The notes beneath the pieces were generated by a model. The model had not been told where the DNA came from. It saw only the letters and a program-made list of their open reading frames with translations, and did no database searches. DNA of 62,774 bases, filler included. It is 5 parts of 5 records of this genome, joined end to end, with 100 filler letters (N's around TTAATTAATTAA, not from the genome) between each part and the next. Parts side by side here need not be neighbours in the genome. Positions count along the whole stretch, not along the records: positions 1 to 13,455 come from DRR723986_7295; positions 13,556 to 37,751 come from DRR723986_7307; 3 more parts are not named here. One strand, given 5' to 3'. This document shows positions 9,508 through 20,329 of the stretch, piece by piece. Position 1 is the stretch's first letter. Every line of letters starts with the position of its first letter. The position numbers and the translations under genes were made by a program.

Positions 9508-10602
9508 ATGGGCGTACTCGATACACGACTGACGGAAAAGCTGGGCTGCCGCTACCCGATTGTGCAGACCGCCATGGGCTGGGTGGCACACCCCGAACTG
9601 GTAGCGGGCAGCTGTAATGCCGGCGCGTTTGGATTTCTCGCTGGTGCGACCATTCCGCCGGACGAGATGGAACGGGACATCCTGCGGGTCAAGGAACTGA
9701 CTGACCGGCCCTTCGGTGTCAATTTCCATATGTACCAGCCGAATGCCGCCGACATCGTCGACCTGGTGATTCGCCACGGGGTGCGGGCGGTGAGCTATTC
9801 CCGTTCGCCGGGCCCGGAGTTTATCGGCCGCTTGAAAGATGCCGGCGTGGTCTGCATGCCGACAGTCGGCCTGCCCAAGCACGCCATCAAGGCGGTAGAG
9901 CTGGGCGCCGATGTCGTTACCGTGCAGGGCGGGGAGGGCGGTGGTCATACCGGTGCTATCCCAACAACCCTGCTGATTCCGCAGGTTATCGATGCGGTAG
10001 GCGACAAGGTGCCGGTAGTGGCGGCGGGCGGCTTCAAGGACGGTCGCGGCCTGCTGGCGGCGCTGGCCTGGGGCGCCGACGGTATCGCCATGGGAACCCG
10101 CTTCCTGATGACCGAGGAGAGCCCCGTCCCCCGGGCGACCCTGCAGCGCTATATCGACTGTAAGAACCCCGGTGCGATCGTCGTCTCCAAGGCGATGGAC
10201 GGCCTGCCCCAGCGCATGATCATGAATGAGGTGCTGGCGGATCTCGAGCGCGCTGGCTCCCTGAAAAAACTGTTTATCGCCCTGCGCAACGGCATGGCCT
10301 TCCGCAAGCACACCGGCGCCAGCCTGCTGGGCCTGCTCAAGTCGGCCATTGCCATGAGCCGTGACGATGACATGACGGCGGCCCAGGCGATCATGTCTGC
10401 CAACGCGCCGATGATCATCCAGAAAGCCATGGTTGAGGGCGACCCCGCCCATGGCGTGCTGCCCAGCGGTCAGGTGGCGGGCGTTATCGACAGCCTGCTT
10501 ACCTGCGAGGAACTGGTGCAGTCCATCGTGACCGAGGCGGAACAGCGCCTGGCACTGCTCGCCCTGCGGGTGGAACAGAATACGGAACGAGGAACAGCCT
10601 GA
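9508..10602 (+). CDS. ipdC: IpdC/ScdK-like FMN-dependent oxidoreductase (nitronate monooxygenase/FabK family)
   Basis: YPIVQTAMGWVA, QGGEGGGHTG, AMGTRFL, SGQVAG; context next to ipdAB. Confidence 0.8.
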   Translation: MGVLDTRLTEKLGCRYPIVQTAMGWVAHPELVAGSCNAGAFGFLAGATIPPDEMERDILRVKELTDRPFGVNFHMYQPNAADIVDLVIRHGVRAVSYSRSPGPEFIGRLKDAGVVCMPTVGLPKHAIKAVELGADVVTVQGGEGGGHTGAIPTTLLIPQVIDAVGDKVPVVAAGGFKDGRGLLAALAWGADGIAMGTRFLMTEESPVPRATLQRYIDCKNPGAIVVSKAMDGLPQRMIMNEVLADLERAGSLKKLFIALRNGMAFRKHTGASLLGLLKSAIAMSRDDDMTAAQAIMSANAPMIIQKAMVEGDPAHGVLPSGQVAGVIDSLLTCEELVQSIVTEAEQRLALLALRVEQNTERGTA

Positions 10603-11366
10603 TGTCCAAACCTTTTACCACCACTATCGAAGACGGTGTGGCCGAGATGATGCTCGACCAGCCGCCGGTCAACGCCTTCGACAGCGCGGGTTGGTTCGCT
10701 ATCGCCGCGGAAATCGATGCCCTGGGTGCTGACGAATCCGTGCGGGTGATCATTGTCGCCGCCAACGGGCGGGGCTTCTGCGCCGGCGTCGACATCAAGG
10801 AACTGGCGGCCCATCCGGAGCGGATCGTGGATGTGAATCGCGGTAACTACGAGACGTTTCGTGCAATCCATCGCAACCCGAAACCGGTGATCCTGGCACT
10901 CCACGGCTTTGTCCTGGGTGGCGGGATCGGTATGGCCGGGGCAGCTGACATCCTGGTGGCCTCCGACTGCGCGCGCTTTGGCGTGCCTGAGATCGATCGC
11001 GGTGCAATGGGCGGTGGCGCTCACCTGCAGCGGATGTTCCCGGTGCAGAAGGTTCGCTACATGTATTTCACCGGTGAGTTTATCGACGCCGCCGAAGCCT
11101 ATCGCCTGGGTGCGGTGGAACGGGTGGTACCGAAGGACGAGCTGCTACCCGCGGCGCGAGAGATGGCGGTCAAGATCGCCGCCAAGTCACCGGCCATGGT
11201 GCGCCTGGCAAAGGAAGCGCTTACCGGCATTGAAGACGGCAACCTGGAAGACAAGTACCGCTGGGAGCAGGGTTTCACTCTGGAGGCCTACACCATGGGG
11301 GATTCGCAGGAGTCCCGCGATGCCTTCGTGCAAAAGCGCGACGCGCAATTCAAGGGAGACAGCTGA
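10602..11366 (+). CDS. echA20: Enoyl-CoA hydratase EchA20/ScdY-like
   Basis: FCAGVDIKE, FGVPEIDRGAMGG, YRWEQGFT; 1-nt overlap with ipdC. Confidence 0.8.
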   Translation: MSKPFTTTIEDGVAEMMLDQPPVNAFDSAGWFAIAAEIDALGADESVRVIIVAANGRGFCAGVDIKELAAHPERIVDVNRGNYETFRAIHRNPKPVILALHGFVLGGGIGMAGAADILVASDCARFGVPEIDRGAMGGGAHLQRMFPVQKVRYMYFTGEFIDAAEAYRLGAVERVVPKDELLPAAREMAVKIAAKSPAMVRLAKEALTGIEDGNLEDKYRWEQGFTLEAYTMGDSQESRDAFVQKRDAQFKGDS

Positions 11367-11368
11367 CC

Positions 11369-12532
11369 ATGGACCTGGCTTACACCGAACACCAGCAGGC
11401 CTTCCGGCAGGAAGTGCGTGACTGGCTGGCGTCCCATGTGCCCGCCACGCCCTTGCAGAGTTTTGATACCGAGGAAGGTTTCCGCCAGCACCGTGACTGG
11501 GAGGCGACCCTCAATGGCGGGCGCTGGGGCATGGTCACCTGGCCGGAAGCGCTGGGCGGCCGCGGCTGCGACCTGATCGAGTGGCTGATCTTCGAGGAAG
11601 AGTACTACCGCGCCGGTGCGCCGCTGCGGGTCAACCAGAACGGTATCTTCCTGCTCGGCCCCACGCTGATGGAGTACGGCACCGAGGAACAAAAGGCACG
11701 TTTCCTGCCGAAGATGGCCACTGGCGAAGAAGTCTGGGCCCAGGGCTGGTCAGAGCCGAACGCGGGCTCCGATATGGCGGCAATCCGTGCCCGCGCTGAT
11801 CGCAAGGGCGATCGCTACATCATCAATGGCCAGAAGATCTGGTCGACCCGCGCTGTCTGGGCCGACTGGGTGTTCGGGATGTTCCGCACCGATCCGGACT
11901 CGGAACGCCACCGTGGTCTCACCTTTATCCTGGTTCCGCTGGACACGCCCGGGATCACCGTCCGGCCGATTCCCCAGCTGGATGGCCTGCCGGGCTTCGC
12001 GGAAATCTTTTTTGACGATGTGGAAGTGCCGCTGGACTGTCGCCTCGGCGACGAAGGCGCGGGCTGGAGTGTGGCGATGGCCACCGCCGGTTTCGAGCGC
12101 GGCCTGATGCTGCGCTCGCCGGCACGCTTCCAGGAGACCGCCCGACGCCTGGTGGAACTGTACCGGGATAACAGGGAAACGGCGGATCGCGATCCGGCGA
12201 TCCGTGAGGCGGTGTTACGCGCCTACCTTGATGCAGAGAGCTACTGCCTGTCGACCTACCAGACCGCGTGTCGTTTGAGTCAGGGTGGCAAGATCGGCGC
12301 AGAGTCGTCGACCAACAAGATCTTCTGGTCGGAACTCGATCAGGCGATGCATGGCACTGCCATGAGCATCCTCGGTGCGCGGGCAGAACTGTGGCCCCAT
12401 GCTCCGGATGCCGGGGCCGTGGGGAACTGGCTGGACGGCTGGCTGTTTGCCCAGTCCGGTCCGATTTATGCCGGAACCAACGAGATTCAACGCAATATTA
12501 TTGCCGAGCGTATGCTGGGGATGCCGAGGTAA
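11369..12532 (+). CDS. fadE31: Acyl-CoA dehydrogenase FadE31-like (heteromeric steroid ACAD subunit)
   Basis: SFDTEEGFRQHRDW, WAQGWSEPNAGSD, ERGLMLRSPARF, IYAGTNEIQRNIIAERMLG. Confidence 0.75.
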   Translation: MDLAYTEHQQAFRQEVRDWLASHVPATPLQSFDTEEGFRQHRDWEATLNGGRWGMVTWPEALGGRGCDLIEWLIFEEEYYRAGAPLRVNQNGIFLLGPTLMEYGTEEQKARFLPKMATGEEVWAQGWSEPNAGSDMAAIRARADRKGDRYIINGQKIWSTRAVWADWVFGMFRTDPDSERHRGLTFILVPLDTPGITVRPIPQLDGLPGFAEIFFDDVEVPLDCRLGDEGAGWSVAMATAGFERGLMLRSPARFQETARRLVELYRDNRETADRDPAIREAVLRAYLDAESYCLSTYQTACRLSQGGKIGAESSTNKIFWSELDQAMHGTAMSILGARAELWPHAPDAGAVGNWLDGWLFAQSGPIYAGTNEIQRNIIAERMLGMPR

Positions 12533-12534
12533 AC

Positions 12535-13455
12535 ATGGACTTTACGTTTTCAGAAGACCAGATCCTGTTCCGCGACTCGGTGCGCGATTTCCTGGTCAAC
12601 GAGGTTACCCCGGAGCGGGTGCGCGCCAGCTGGGATAGGGAGCAGGGGCGGGAAGCAGCGCTCTGGCAGCAGCTGGCGGAGATGGGCCTCACCGGGATGA
12701 CGGTGCCCGAGGAACAGGGTGGCCTCGGCATGAGCGAACTGGATTTCGTTCTGCTCGCCCAGGAATGCGGCTACGTGGCGCTGCCGGAACCGCTGGTTAA
12801 CAGCGTGATGGTTGCGGTGCCTCTGCTCGCCCGGCTGGGCGGCGAACTTGCCGCTACCTGGTTGCCACAGGTGGCCGCCGGCGAAGCGCGGGTGCTTGCC
12901 GGACTGGAGCAGAACCTGGTCGTGGAGGATGCCCACATGGCCGATCTGCTGTTGCTGGGCCAGGGCGGCGCCATCTACGCGCTCACCCCGGACCAGTACC
13001 AGGTACGGCACAACGAATCGGTAGATCCTTCACGACGCCTGTTTGCGGTCGAGATGAATGCCGGGGTCGCGCCGGTGCTTGCCGGAGAAGCGGCGCAGGC
13101 GCTGATCGATGCCACCATGGCGCGGGGCGCGCTCGGTGCAGCGGCCCAGTGTCTTGGCCTGGCGCAGCGGATGGTGGACCTGTCCGTTGCCTACACCACG
13201 GACCGGCAGCAGTTCGGTAAGCCGGTCGGTTCCTTCCAGGCGGTGAAGCACCATATGGCGAATGTGGCAGTGCGCCTGGAATACGCCAAGCCCGCGGTCC
13301 ATCGGGCCGCCTACGCGGTAGCGAACGGTGATCCCGCCGCCCCGCGCCATGTCGCCCATGCCAAGCTCGCCGCCTCTGAGGCAGCGAACCTCGCGGCCAA
13401 GAACGCAATCCAGGTGCACGGGGCCATGGGCTACACCTGGGAAGTGGACCTGCAC
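12535..13455 (+). CDS. fadE32: Acyl-CoA dehydrogenase FadE32-like partner subunit (3'-truncated)
   Basis: ATG 12535 MDFTFSEDQ; RQQFGKPVGSFQAVKH, IQVHGAMGYTWEVDLH; runs into the spacer. Confidence 0.7.
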
Positions 13456-13555
13456 NNNNNNNNNNNNNNNNNNNNNNNNNNNNNNNNNNNNNNNNNNNNT
13501 TAATTAATTAANNNNNNNNNNNNNNNNNNNNNNNNNNNNNNNNNNNNNNNNNNNN
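13456..13555. other. Artificial contig-joining spacer
   Basis: 100 bp of N around TTAATTAATTAA (stops in all six frames). Confidence 0.98.
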
Positions 13556-13556
13556 T

Positions 13557-16103
13557 GAATATGGCGGCAATCGCCATGGCTTCCTCGCCTTCAGCGAGAT
13601 CCATCCGGATTATTACCAGCTGCCGGCCGAAGACCGCGAAGCCCTGCTTCGCGAAGCTGCCGAAGAAGCCGCCGCCGCCATCGAAGACGATGACGAAGAC
13701 GATGAAGCCTCAGCCGACGCTGAGAATGGCGACGATTCCGACGGCTCCAATGGCGATGACGACGAAGCCAGCGCATCCGACGACTCGGATGCGGATGAAG
13801 AGGCCGACGAAGCTTCCTCTGACGGCGAAGACGATGAAAATGACGACAACGGCGACAATGACGACAGGAAAGCCAAATCCGCCAAGTCTTCCGGCCGCCG
13901 CCCGGCGCGGAAATCCAGCCGGACATCGATCTCCAAGCGTTACAAGATCCAGGAAGTCATCCGCCGCCGCCAGGTGATGCTGGTCCAGGTGGTCAAGGAA
14001 GAACGCGGCTCCAAGGGCGCTGCGCTGACCACCTATCTCTCGCTCGCCGGCCGCTACTCGGTCCTGATGCCGAACACGCCTCGTGGCGGCGGCATCTCCC
14101 GCAAGATCGTCAACAGCTCCGACCGCAAGCGCCTGAAGTCCATCGTGTCCGAACTGGATGTGCCGGACGGTATGGGTCTGATCGTGCGCACGGCTGGTGC
14201 AAAGCGCACCAAGGCCGAGATCCGGCGCGACTACGAATATCTTTCCAAGCTTTGGGAGACGATCGTCGAAAAGACGCTGGCCTCCGAAGCCCCGATGCTG
14301 ATCAATGCCGAAGGCGGGCTGGTCCACCGGGCCATGCGGGACATGTTCGATAAGGAGATCGAGGAAGTCCTTGTGCAAGGCGAAGATGCCTATCGCGAAG
14401 CGAAAGATCTAGCCAAGCTGATCATGCCGAGCCAGTCGAAGAAGGTTCAGCAATGGAAGGAAGAGGACCCCCTCTTCGTTTCCGAAGCAGTCGAAGAACA
14501 ACTCGATTCGATCTACTCACCGGTCGTGCAGCTGAAATCCGGCGGTTATCTCGTCATCAACCAGACCGAAGCGCTGGTCGCGATCGACGTGAACTCCGGC
14601 AAGGCCACGCGCGAACGGAACATCGAACAGACTGCCACCCGTACCAATCTAGAAGCCGCCGAAGAAGCCTGCCGCCAGATGCGCCTGCGCGACCTCGCCG
14701 GTCTCATCGTGATCGACTTCATCGACATGGATGAGAACAAGAACAACCGCGCCGTCGAGAAGAAGCTGAAAGAATGCCTCAAGGTCGACCGGGCCCGGGT
14801 CCAGCACGGCCGGATCTCGCAATTCGGCCTGATGGAGATCTCCCGCCAGCGCCGCCGCCAGGGTGTTCTGCAGGCAACGTCCGATCCTTGCCCGTCCTGT
14901 AACGGCACGGGACGTCGCCGCTCGATCTCGTCGGCAGCCCTGCAGCTGATCCGGGCAATCGAGGCCCGCGCGGCCACTGGTGGTCTGAAATCCATCTCGG
15001 TGAAAGCACCGACGGATGTGGCGCTCTACATCCTGAACAACAAGCGCGAAGCCCTGATCGAAATCGAGCGGATGGCTGGCTTCGCCGTTTCCATCCACTC
15101 TTCCGAAGAGATGCTGCCGGGCGACTTCACAATAGATGCCGAGCGTGACCAGAACGCCAAGCCGAAGAAGCGCAATCAGCCGCGTTCCCTGCAGAAGCCA
15201 TCCAAACCAGCCCCATCCGATGAGGACGATGAAAGCATCGAGGACGAAGACTCGGACGATGCTGGCGACGAAGCCGATGGCGATGACGATGGCGACGAGC
15301 AGAAATCCTCTCGCCGCAAGCGCCGCCGCCGCGGTGGACGCCGCCGCAACAAGGGTGACCGCGAAACCGGCATGGAAGTCGTCGATGGCGACGCGCCCAT
15401 CGTCGCGCTGGAGGATGATACCTCTGACAGCAACGATGACGACTCCGATGAAGACGATAGTGAAGGCGCAGACGCATCCGGCGACGAAGGCGATGGCGCC
15501 CCACGCAAGCGCCGCCGTCGCGGACGCCGGGGTGGCCGCCGTCGCCGCCGCAACAACTCAGACCGTACCGAAGGCGAGAACGAAAACGCACCATCCGATG
15601 GTGGCGCATATCTTGATGGCCTGGCCTCAAGCGCGCCAGACATGCTGGATGAGGAACCGCCAGCGCAGCCGGAAGCGTCTGAACCGGAAATCGAACCGGA
15701 CTCCGCCGCTGAGGAGGCTGTCGCCGAAGTGAAAGCGGAGGCCGAGGCTGAGGCTGAGACCGAGGAAAAACCGAAGCCGAAACGCACCCGCCGCTCCCGC
15801 GCACGCAAGACCGAGCCGAAAGAAGACGCTCCGACGGAAGAGGTTGTCGCTGAAACAAGCCCAGCCGAAGTCGAAAACGAGCCGACTGCAGAGACGCAGG
15901 AATCCAAACCGGATGAGCAGGCCCAGGCGGAAGTCATGTCGGCCGAAGCCGAAGTCCAGGATTCTATCGAAGCAGAAGTTGAGGCAGAAGCGGTCATCGC
16001 GCATATGGACGAAAGCGCTGCAGGACTGGAAGCTGAGGCGAAACAGAAATCTGAGCCGTCTGCGCCCCGCCGCACGGGCTGGTGGTCTCGCGCCCGCAAA
16101 TAA
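13557..16103 (+). CDS. rne: Ribonuclease E (5'-truncated), alphaproteobacterial type
   Basis: Frame is open from 13557 (EYGGNRHGFLAFSEIHPDYYQ). KEERGSKGAALTT, AIDVNSGK, IVIDFIDM, CPSCNGTG; Arg/acidic tail ending in GWW. Confidence 0.95.
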   Translation, partial: EYGGNRHGFLAFSEIHPDYYQLPAEDREALLREAAEEAAAAIEDDDEDDEASADAENGDDSDGSNGDDDEASASDDSDADEEADEASSDGEDDENDDNGDNDDRKAKSAKSSGRRPARKSSRTSISKRYKIQEVIRRRQVMLVQVVKEERGSKGAALTTYLSLAGRYSVLMPNTPRGGGISRKIVNSSDRKRLKSIVSELDVPDGMGLIVRTAGAKRTKAEIRRDYEYLSKLWETIVEKTLASEAPMLINAEGGLVHRAMRDMFDKEIEEVLVQGEDAYREAKDLAKLIMPSQSKKVQQWKEEDPLFVSEAVEEQLDSIYSPVVQLKSGGYLVINQTEALVAIDVNSGKATRERNIEQTATRTNLEAAEEACRQMRLRDLAGLIVIDFIDMDENKNNRAVEKKLKECLKVDRARVQHGRISQFGLMEISRQRRRQGVLQATSDPCPSCNGTGRRRSISSAALQLIRAIEARAATGGLKSISVKAPTDVALYILNNKREALIEIERMAGFAVSIHSSEEMLPGDFTIDAERDQNAKPKKRNQPRSLQKPSKPAPSDEDDESIEDEDSDDAGDEADGDDDGDEQKSSRRKRRRRGGRRRNKGDRETGMEVVDGDAPIVALEDDTSDSNDDDSDEDDSEGADASGDEGDGAPRKRRRRGRRGGRRRRRNNSDRTEGENENAPSDGGAYLDGLASSAPDMLDEEPPAQPEASEPEIEPDSAAEEAVAEVKAEAEAEAETEEKPKPKRTRRSRARKTEPKEDAPTEEVVAETSPAEVENEPTAETQESKPDEQAQAEVMSAEAEVQDSIEAEVEAEAVIAHMDESAAGLEAEAKQKSEPSAPRRTGWWSRARK

Positions 16104-16128
16104 GGCCTCAAATCGTAAGCGCTCAAAC

Positions 16129-16161
16129 AAAAAAAAGGCCGGAGCAATGCTCCGGCCTTTT
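16129..16161. terminator. Bidirectional intrinsic terminator between convergent rne and fadJ-like genes
   Basis: A-run, ggccggagc / gctccggcc stem, then T-run. Confidence 0.85.
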
Positions 16162-16181
16162 CTATTTGGTTCAGGTCGCTC

Positions 16182-18413
16182 TTATGCGGCAGCTTTCGCC
16201 TTCGCCCCAGCTGGCGGGAACCGATCGTAGAAGCCTTCGCCCTTGGCAGCCATGTCGCGCAGAACAGCTGGCGGCTCGAAGCGTTCGCCATACTTGGCGG
16301 CAAGGCGGTCAGCCTCGGCGACGAACTCCTTGATGCCCCAGATCAGGTCGACATAGGAACAGCAACCGCCGGTGAATGGCGCGAAGCCCCAGGCAAGGAT
16401 CGAGCCGATGTCTGCATCGCGCGCATCGGTGATGACACCTTCATCGAAGCAGCGGGCCACTTCGATAGCCTGACGGACGAGGAAGCGGTTGGTCAGCTCC
16501 TTCTTCAGCTCCGGCGGGCACTCGTCCACCTTTACCTCGATCATCTTGTTGATGTCCGGCCAGAGGCGTTCCGGCTTGCCCTTTTCGTTATAGTCATAGA
16601 AGCCCTTGCCGGCCTTGCGGCCGACACGGCCCTGGTCTTCGACCAGCCATGCCAGGAATTGGGTCCGGTCATCGCTCTGCAGGTCCACGCCTGCGGCTTC
16701 GGCCGTCGCGCGTGTGACTTTCAGGGCGGTGTCGAGACCGACCGAGTCGGAGACTTCCAGCGCGCCCATCGGCATGCCGCACTGACGGCCAACATTCTCG
16801 ATGATCGCCGGCTTGATGCCTTCGGCCAGCATTTCCATGCCTTCGCGCGTGTAGGTGCCAAAGCAGCGCGAGGTGTAGAAACCACGGCTGTCGTTCACGG
16901 CAATCGGCGTCTTTCGGATGGCAAGCACATAGTCGATTGCCTTCGCAAGCGTCGCTTCACTGGTTTCCTTGCCCGAGATGATCTCGACCAGACCCATCCG
17001 CTCCACCGGAGAGAAGAAGTGAATGCCGATAAAGTTTTCCGGACGCTTCGACGCCTTGGCAAGACCGGTAATGGGCAGGGTCGATGTATTGGAGCCGAAG
17101 ACCGCGTCATTATCCAGAACGGCTTCCGCCATTTCGGTGATTTTCGCTTTCAGCTCAACGTTCTCGAACACGGCTTCGATGACCAGGTCAGCCCCTTTGA
17201 CGTCGTCATAAGAGTCGGTCGTGGTGATCAGGTCGAGCAGGGCATCGCCCTTCTCTTTCGTGGACTTGCCGCGCGAAACATCCTTGTCGACGAGGCGGCG
17301 GGAATAATCCTTGCCCTTCTCGGCGTTCTCTTTCGAGACATCGACAAGAATCGTAGGAATACCAGCTTTCGCCTGAACATAGGCAATGCCCGCGCCCATC
17401 AGGCCGGCGCCGATCACGGCGATCTTTTTGAACTCCGTCTTCGGATGACCAGCCGGACGGTTCGCACCTTTTGACAGCTCCTGCATCGACAGGAACAGCG
17501 AACGGATCATCGCCTTGGCTTCCGGGCGCTGCTGCGTGTTGATGAAGTAACGCGTTTCGATGCGCAGACCGGCATCAATCGGTACCTGAATGCCTTCATA
17601 GATGCAGGACAGAATGTTTTTCTGTGCCGGATAATTGCCGTAGGTTTTCGATGACAGCATCATGTTTGCCATCGTGGCGACTTGGCCGGCACCCGGTGAT
17701 TTATGCGGCACGCCGCCCGGAACCTTGTAGCCTTTTTCGTCCCAAGGCGCCTTGGCCGTCGGATTCGCTTTGACCCAGGCCCTGGCCTTTTCAACGGTTT
17801 CCGAAGAAGGTGCGAGCTCCTGAACAACGCCCATGGCGTGCGCTTTCTCGGCATTGAAGCTTTCACCCTGCAGGATCAGCGGCAGCGCTGCCTGAACGCC
17901 GACGAGGCGCGGCAGACGTTGCGTGCCACCGGCACCCGGCAGAAGGCCGATCTTGGCTTCCGGTAGACCGAACTGCAGCTTCGGATTGTCGTTTGCCGCA
18001 ACGCGGTAATGGCAGGCCAGCGCCACTTCGAGGCCGCCGCCAAGGGCGAGGCCGTTCAGCGCCACGGCAACCGGCTTGCCGCAGGTTTCCAATTTGCGCA
18101 GCGTGCCATTCAGGGCAAAGCCCTGGTCGAACTGCTGCTTCTTCAGTTCGGCTTCGGAGAGTTCTTTTTTCTCACCGCCGCCAGCGCGTTGGCCCATCTC
18201 GCCCAGATCCGCCCCGGCACAAAAGCCGCTCGGCTTGCCGGAGGAAATGACCAAGCCTTTGATGGCATCGTTGGAGGCGACTTCGTCAGCAATTGCGATG
18301 ATGTCGGCGACCGCCTTGCCCGTCAGCGTGTTCATGCTGCGGCCCGGCACGTCGAATACAGCGTGCGCAATGCCGTCTGCGTCCATGTCCCAACCAAATG
18401 TCTCGAGTTTCAT
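16182..18413 (-). CDS. fadJ: Multifunctional beta-oxidation enzyme (enoyl-CoA hydratase / 3-hydroxyacyl-CoA dehydrogenase)
   Basis: [55 protein letters not shown]. Confidence 0.9.
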   Translation of the reverse strand: MKLETFGWDMDADGIAHAVFDVPGRSMNTLTGKAVADIIAIADEVASNDAIKGLVISSGKPSGFCAGADLGEMGQRAGGGEKKELSEAELKKQQFDQGFALNGTLRKLETCGKPVAVALNGLALGGGLEVALACHYRVAANDNPKLQFGLPEAKIGLLPGAGGTQRLPRLVGVQAALPLILQGESFNAEKAHAMGVVQELAPSSETVEKARAWVKANPTAKAPWDEKGYKVPGGVPHKSPGAGQVATMANMMLSSKTYGNYPAQKNILSCIYEGIQVPIDAGLRIETRYFINTQQRPEAKAMIRSLFLSMQELSKGANRPAGHPKTEFKKIAVIGAGLMGAGIAYVQAKAGIPTILVDVSKENAEKGKDYSRRLVDKDVSRGKSTKEKGDALLDLITTTDSYDDVKGADLVIEAVFENVELKAKITEMAEAVLDNDAVFGSNTSTLPITGLAKASKRPENFIGIHFFSPVERMGLVEIISGKETSEATLAKAIDYVLAIRKTPIAVNDSRGFYTSRCFGTYTREGMEMLAEGIKPAIIENVGRQCGMPMGALEVSDSVGLDTALKVTRATAEAAGVDLQSDDRTQFLAWLVEDQGRVGRKAGKGFYDYNEKGKPERLWPDINKMIEVKVDECPPELKKELTNRFLVRQAIEVARCFDEGVITDARDADIGSILAWGFAPFTGGCCSYVDLIWGIKEFVAEADRLAAKYGERFEPPAVLRDMAAKGEGFYDRFPPAGAKAKAAA

Positions 18414-18444
18414 GATACTATGTTCCGATTATTCTGTATAAGGA

Positions 18445-19650
18445 TTAGACGCGTTCGATGATTGTGGCCGTGCCCATGCCGGCACCGACGCAGAGTGTGA
18501 TCAGGGCCGTTTCCTTGTCGGCCCGCTCAAGCTCGTCCAGCATCGTGCCGAGAATCATGCCGCCGGTAGCGCCCAGCGGGTGACCCATCGCAATGGCACC
18601 ACCGTTCACGTTCATCTTGTCGTGCGGAATATTGAGGTTCTGCATCATCAGGAGCACGACGGAGGCGAAGGCCTCGTTCAGCTCATAAAGATCGATGTCT
18701 TCCGGGTTCATGCCGGCTTTCTTCAGGACCTTCTGGCTGACATAGGTCGGACCGGTCAGCATGATGCCAGGCTCGGAGCCAATGGAGGCCATGGCCTTGA
18801 CGCGGGCGCGCGGCTTAAGGCCAAGCGCTTCACCCATTTCCTTCGAGCCGAACAGGACAGCCGACGCACCATCGACGATACCGGACGAATTGCCGGCATG
18901 GTGGACGTGGTTGATCTTTTCGAGTTCCGGGTAGCGTTGCTTGATGACTTCATCGAAGCCCATCGCGCCCATGCCGGCAAAGGACGGCTGAAGGCCAGCC
19001 AGAGACTGCATGTCCGCATCAGGACGCATATGCTCGTCATGATCGAGGCGGATACCGCCCATCTGGTCCTTTACAGGCACGATGGACTTGGCAAAGCGGC
19101 CTTCTTTCCAGGCCTGCGCGGCACGGCGCTGGCTCTCGACTGCGAAGGCGTCAACGTCATCGCGAGAAAAGCCGTATTTTGTTGCGATCGTGTCGGCGCC
19201 GATACCCTGCGGGGTGAAGTAGGTCTTCAGGGCCACCTGCGGATCGGTCGACCAGGCGCCGCCGGACGCGCCCATCGGCACGCGGCTCATGGATTCAACA
19301 CCGCCGCCAATAGCCATGTCGGCTTCGCCGGTCATGACCTTGGATGCCGCCATGTTGCACGCTTCGAGACCGGAAGCGCAGAAGCGGTCGACCTGCACAC
19401 CAGCGGTCGTTTCCGCGTATTCAGCGTTCAGCACAGCAACACGGGCGATATCTGCGCCTTGCTCGCCCACCGGCGAAACGCAGCCGAGGACAACGTCATC
19501 GACCTTGGACGTGTCGAGGTCGTTCCGCTCACGGATGGCCTGCAGCACCTGCGTGGCGAGGCTAAGCGACGTGATTTCGTGCAACGAACCACTTTTCTTG
19601 CCCTTGCCACGCGGCGTGCGGACCGCGTCGTAGATATAGGCTTCAGTCAT
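18445..19650 (-). CDS. Acetyl-CoA C-acyltransferase (thiolase)
   Basis: [32 protein letters not shown]. Confidence 0.95.
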   Translation of the reverse strand: MTEAYIYDAVRTPRGKGKKSGSLHEITSLSLATQVLQAIRERNDLDTSKVDDVVLGCVSPVGEQGADIARVAVLNAEYAETTAGVQVDRFCASGLEACNMAASKVMTGEADMAIGGGVESMSRVPMGASGGAWSTDPQVALKTYFTPQGIGADTIATKYGFSRDDVDAFAVESQRRAAQAWKEGRFAKSIVPVKDQMGGIRLDHDEHMRPDADMQSLAGLQPSFAGMGAMGFDEVIKQRYPELEKINHVHHAGNSSGIVDGASAVLFGSKEMGEALGLKPRARVKAMASIGSEPGIMLTGPTYVSQKVLKKAGMNPEDIDLYELNEAFASVVLLMMQNLNIPHDKMNVNGGAIAMGHPLGATGGMILGTMLDELERADKETALITLCVGAGMGTATIIERV

Positions 19651-19680
19651 TTGAAGTGACTCCTTTCCTTGGAGTGGATG

Positions 19681-20328
19681 TTATTCTGACTTTGTTTCAG
19701 GCAATTGCCTGCTTTCCAGTTGTGCGACCCGGGCCCTGAGTTGCTGGTTCTCCTCCACCAACTCGTTGAGCCTTGGGGCGATCAACTGAGCGACTTGTTC
19801 CTCTGTATACCGCGGCAGGATGTATTTGGGGCAGTTCCAATCGCGGGCGACGATTTTGATCGTCATCAGTCGTTCCACCGGCCCTTGCCCATCCTGAGCC
19901 AGAATATCCTGCAATTCCGGGTCCGAAGCAGCATCGATCATCCGGGCTTCTCCGAGCATTTTCAACCGGGCACGGCGGGCATAGTCCATGAAAAAAAGAG
20001 AAACCCGTTCTGATCCATCGAGATTGCCGCGCGTGATGAACTGCCGGTTGCCAAGATAGTCCGCAAAACCGATCGCGTCCGGTCCAAGGATCTTTACGAA
20101 GCCAGCAGGACCGCCTCGATGCTGGATATAAGGCCACCCATTGCTGCCGGTCGTGGCAATGTAGAAGCTGGTCATAGCCGACAGAAACGCAATCGTATCG
20201 TCATCCAAAGGACCTCGATGGCGGTTGGCGTAGATGCTTTCGTATTTCTCACGCATACCCGCCTGCTCCTGATAGGCTTTTACCGCATCGGTAAACAGGA
20301 GTTCGGCATAGTTCTGCATCACAGCCAT
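19681..20328 (-). CDS. Pyridoxamine 5'-phosphate oxidase-related FMN-binding protein
   Basis: GWPYIQHRGGPAGF, FADYLGNRQFIT, WNCPKYI. Confidence 0.8.
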   Translation of the reverse strand: MAVMQNYAELLFTDAVKAYQEQAGMREKYESIYANRHRGPLDDDTIAFLSAMTSFYIATTGSNGWPYIQHRGGPAGFVKILGPDAIGFADYLGNRQFITRGNLDGSERVSLFFMDYARRARLKMLGEARMIDAASDPELQDILAQDGQGPVERLMTIKIVARDWNCPKYILPRYTEEQVAQLIAPRLNELVEENQQLRARVAQLESRQLPETKSE

Positions 20329-20329
20329 T

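Noticed and set aside
13500-13511. TTAATTAATTAA repeated four times, as a biological repeat or CtrA-like site
   Set aside because: Always centred in N-runs of fixed length; it is a synthetic all-frame stop linker.
13561-13977. 138-aa Thr/Met/Lys-rich ORF
   Set aside because: Alternative frame of the acidic S1 insert of rne, whose own frame is open from 13557.
15176-16303. Ser/Arg-rich antisense ORF
   Set aside because: Mirror of the low-complexity RNase E tail.
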